A stretch of DNA of 63,942 nucleotides, the filler included, from Octopus bimaculoides (Eukaryota): assembly GCF_001194135.2 (NCBI RefSeq). It is 5 parts of 5 records of this genome, joined end to end, with 100 filler letters (N's around TTAATTAATTAA, not from the genome) between each part and the next. Parts side by side here need not be neighbours in the genome. Positions count along the whole stretch, not along the records: positions 57,986 to 63,942 come from NC_069001.1; 4 more parts are not named here. The stretch is one strand, 5' to 3'. The position numbers and the translations under genes are program-made. Shown here one piece after another: positions 62,955-63,942 of the stretch. The notes under the pieces were generated by a model. That model saw nothing but the letters and a program-made list of their open reading frames with translations. It had not been told where the DNA came from and ran no database searches. Positions within the stretch are counted from its first letter, which is position 1, and every line of letters begins with the position of its first letter.

Positions 62955-63720
62955 CTAGGATGTCTGTTGTGTGCAGCAGCTGCAGCATTATCCAAGATCT
63001 GAGAGCAACGCTCCATTGAGGGCTTCACCTGAGTTTTGTAGGGTGTCATCAATTAATAGGGTTGAAGTATTCATAGCTCTGAAGAAAAGGGTTTTATATT
63101 GGGATGTGGTCCTAGCTATGTTAATGATGTGATTTTACCATGAGAGATACTTTGTGATTTTGAGATACAAAAATTGGAGCAATTCAACCCTTTAGTATAC
63201 TTCCGTCATTAGTTTTGTTTTTAATTAATTATGCATTACCTTGTAGCTTTGAGATTTTGATGATGTGATTGTTTATTTTTGGAATGACATTGTAGGGTAT
63301 GTGTGAGAAGCCAGATCTGAGAATAAAACGAAGAATATTTGGGCTGGGTATGCCCAGTTTAAATGCTAAAGGGCTAAGGGCTCTAGCTGAGTGTTGTTCA
63401 TAATCAGGGGAAGTGTGTGTGTGTGTGNNNNNNNNNNNNNNNNNNNNNNNNNNNNNNNGGGGGGGGGGGGGTCAGGAGATATTTTTTAATGAGTAGTACT
63501 CAAGATTCCTACATATTGAAAGAGACAAGATTGGCAATTGCACCGTTGAAGGTTGTTTTCCAGGTCTCTTGTCATGGAATCAGTATGAGTTTGGCATGTG
63601 GTGTCTAGATTGCTAATGGATGATGCATGTTTGGGTAATGTTAGACAGGAATGAAGGCTTGTGTCAACTGGATAAGCGTGGGAGTTTGTGTGAATATGGT
63701 GACATGTCATCCATGTAAAG
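62955..63720 (-). mobile_element. LINE (Jockey/CR1 group) RT remnant
   Basis: HAYPVDTSLHS (degenerate YADD), TRDLENNLQ, LKITKYLSW.NHI and YKTQVKPSMERCSQILD. Confidence 0.7.
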
Positions 63721-63772
63721 AAGGAAAGGAACTTGTAAACAGATAATCATACACACACACATGTACATATAT

Positions 63773-63856
<84 letters not shown>

Positions 63857-63942
63857 GTGTATATGTATGTATGTATGTATGTATATATATATATGTATAT
63901 ATATATATACATATATATATGTATATATGTGTGTAGATATAT

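Overview
AT-rich, microsatellite-dense eukaryotic DNA, most likely from an octopus or other coleoid cephalopod (inferred from the SINE families and repeat make-up). No intact protein-coding gene, rRNA, true tRNA or CRISPR array can be supported. Four identical 100-bp spacers (N44-TTAATTAATTAA-N44) cut the window into five artificially joined pieces: 1-13169, 13270-44389, 44490-48552, 48653-57885 and 57986-63942. The content is mostly decayed mobile DNA: mariner, Tc1, Tigger-like, Merlin/ISXO2, hAT, CR1-type, Tx1, two RLE-type non-LTR and Penelope fragments, at least four tRNA-derived SINE families, and hairpin MITEs. Three things stand out. (1) A Gypsy element with both LTRs, PBS, PPT and a 5-bp TSD (7557-12010) hosts several nested insertions. 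(2) A structurally complete type-I hammerhead ribozyme lies at 25691-25812, inside a larger inverted repeat. (3) A 9.2-kb composite satellite block (48653-57885) is built from a SINE-related 42-bp repeat with orientation switches, a 60-bp double-palindrome repeat, a 13-bp repeat with higher-order structure, and a ~1-kb module present in tandem and inverted copies with a greatly expanded 10-bp unit. All family assignments are by eye from motifs; no database search was run.
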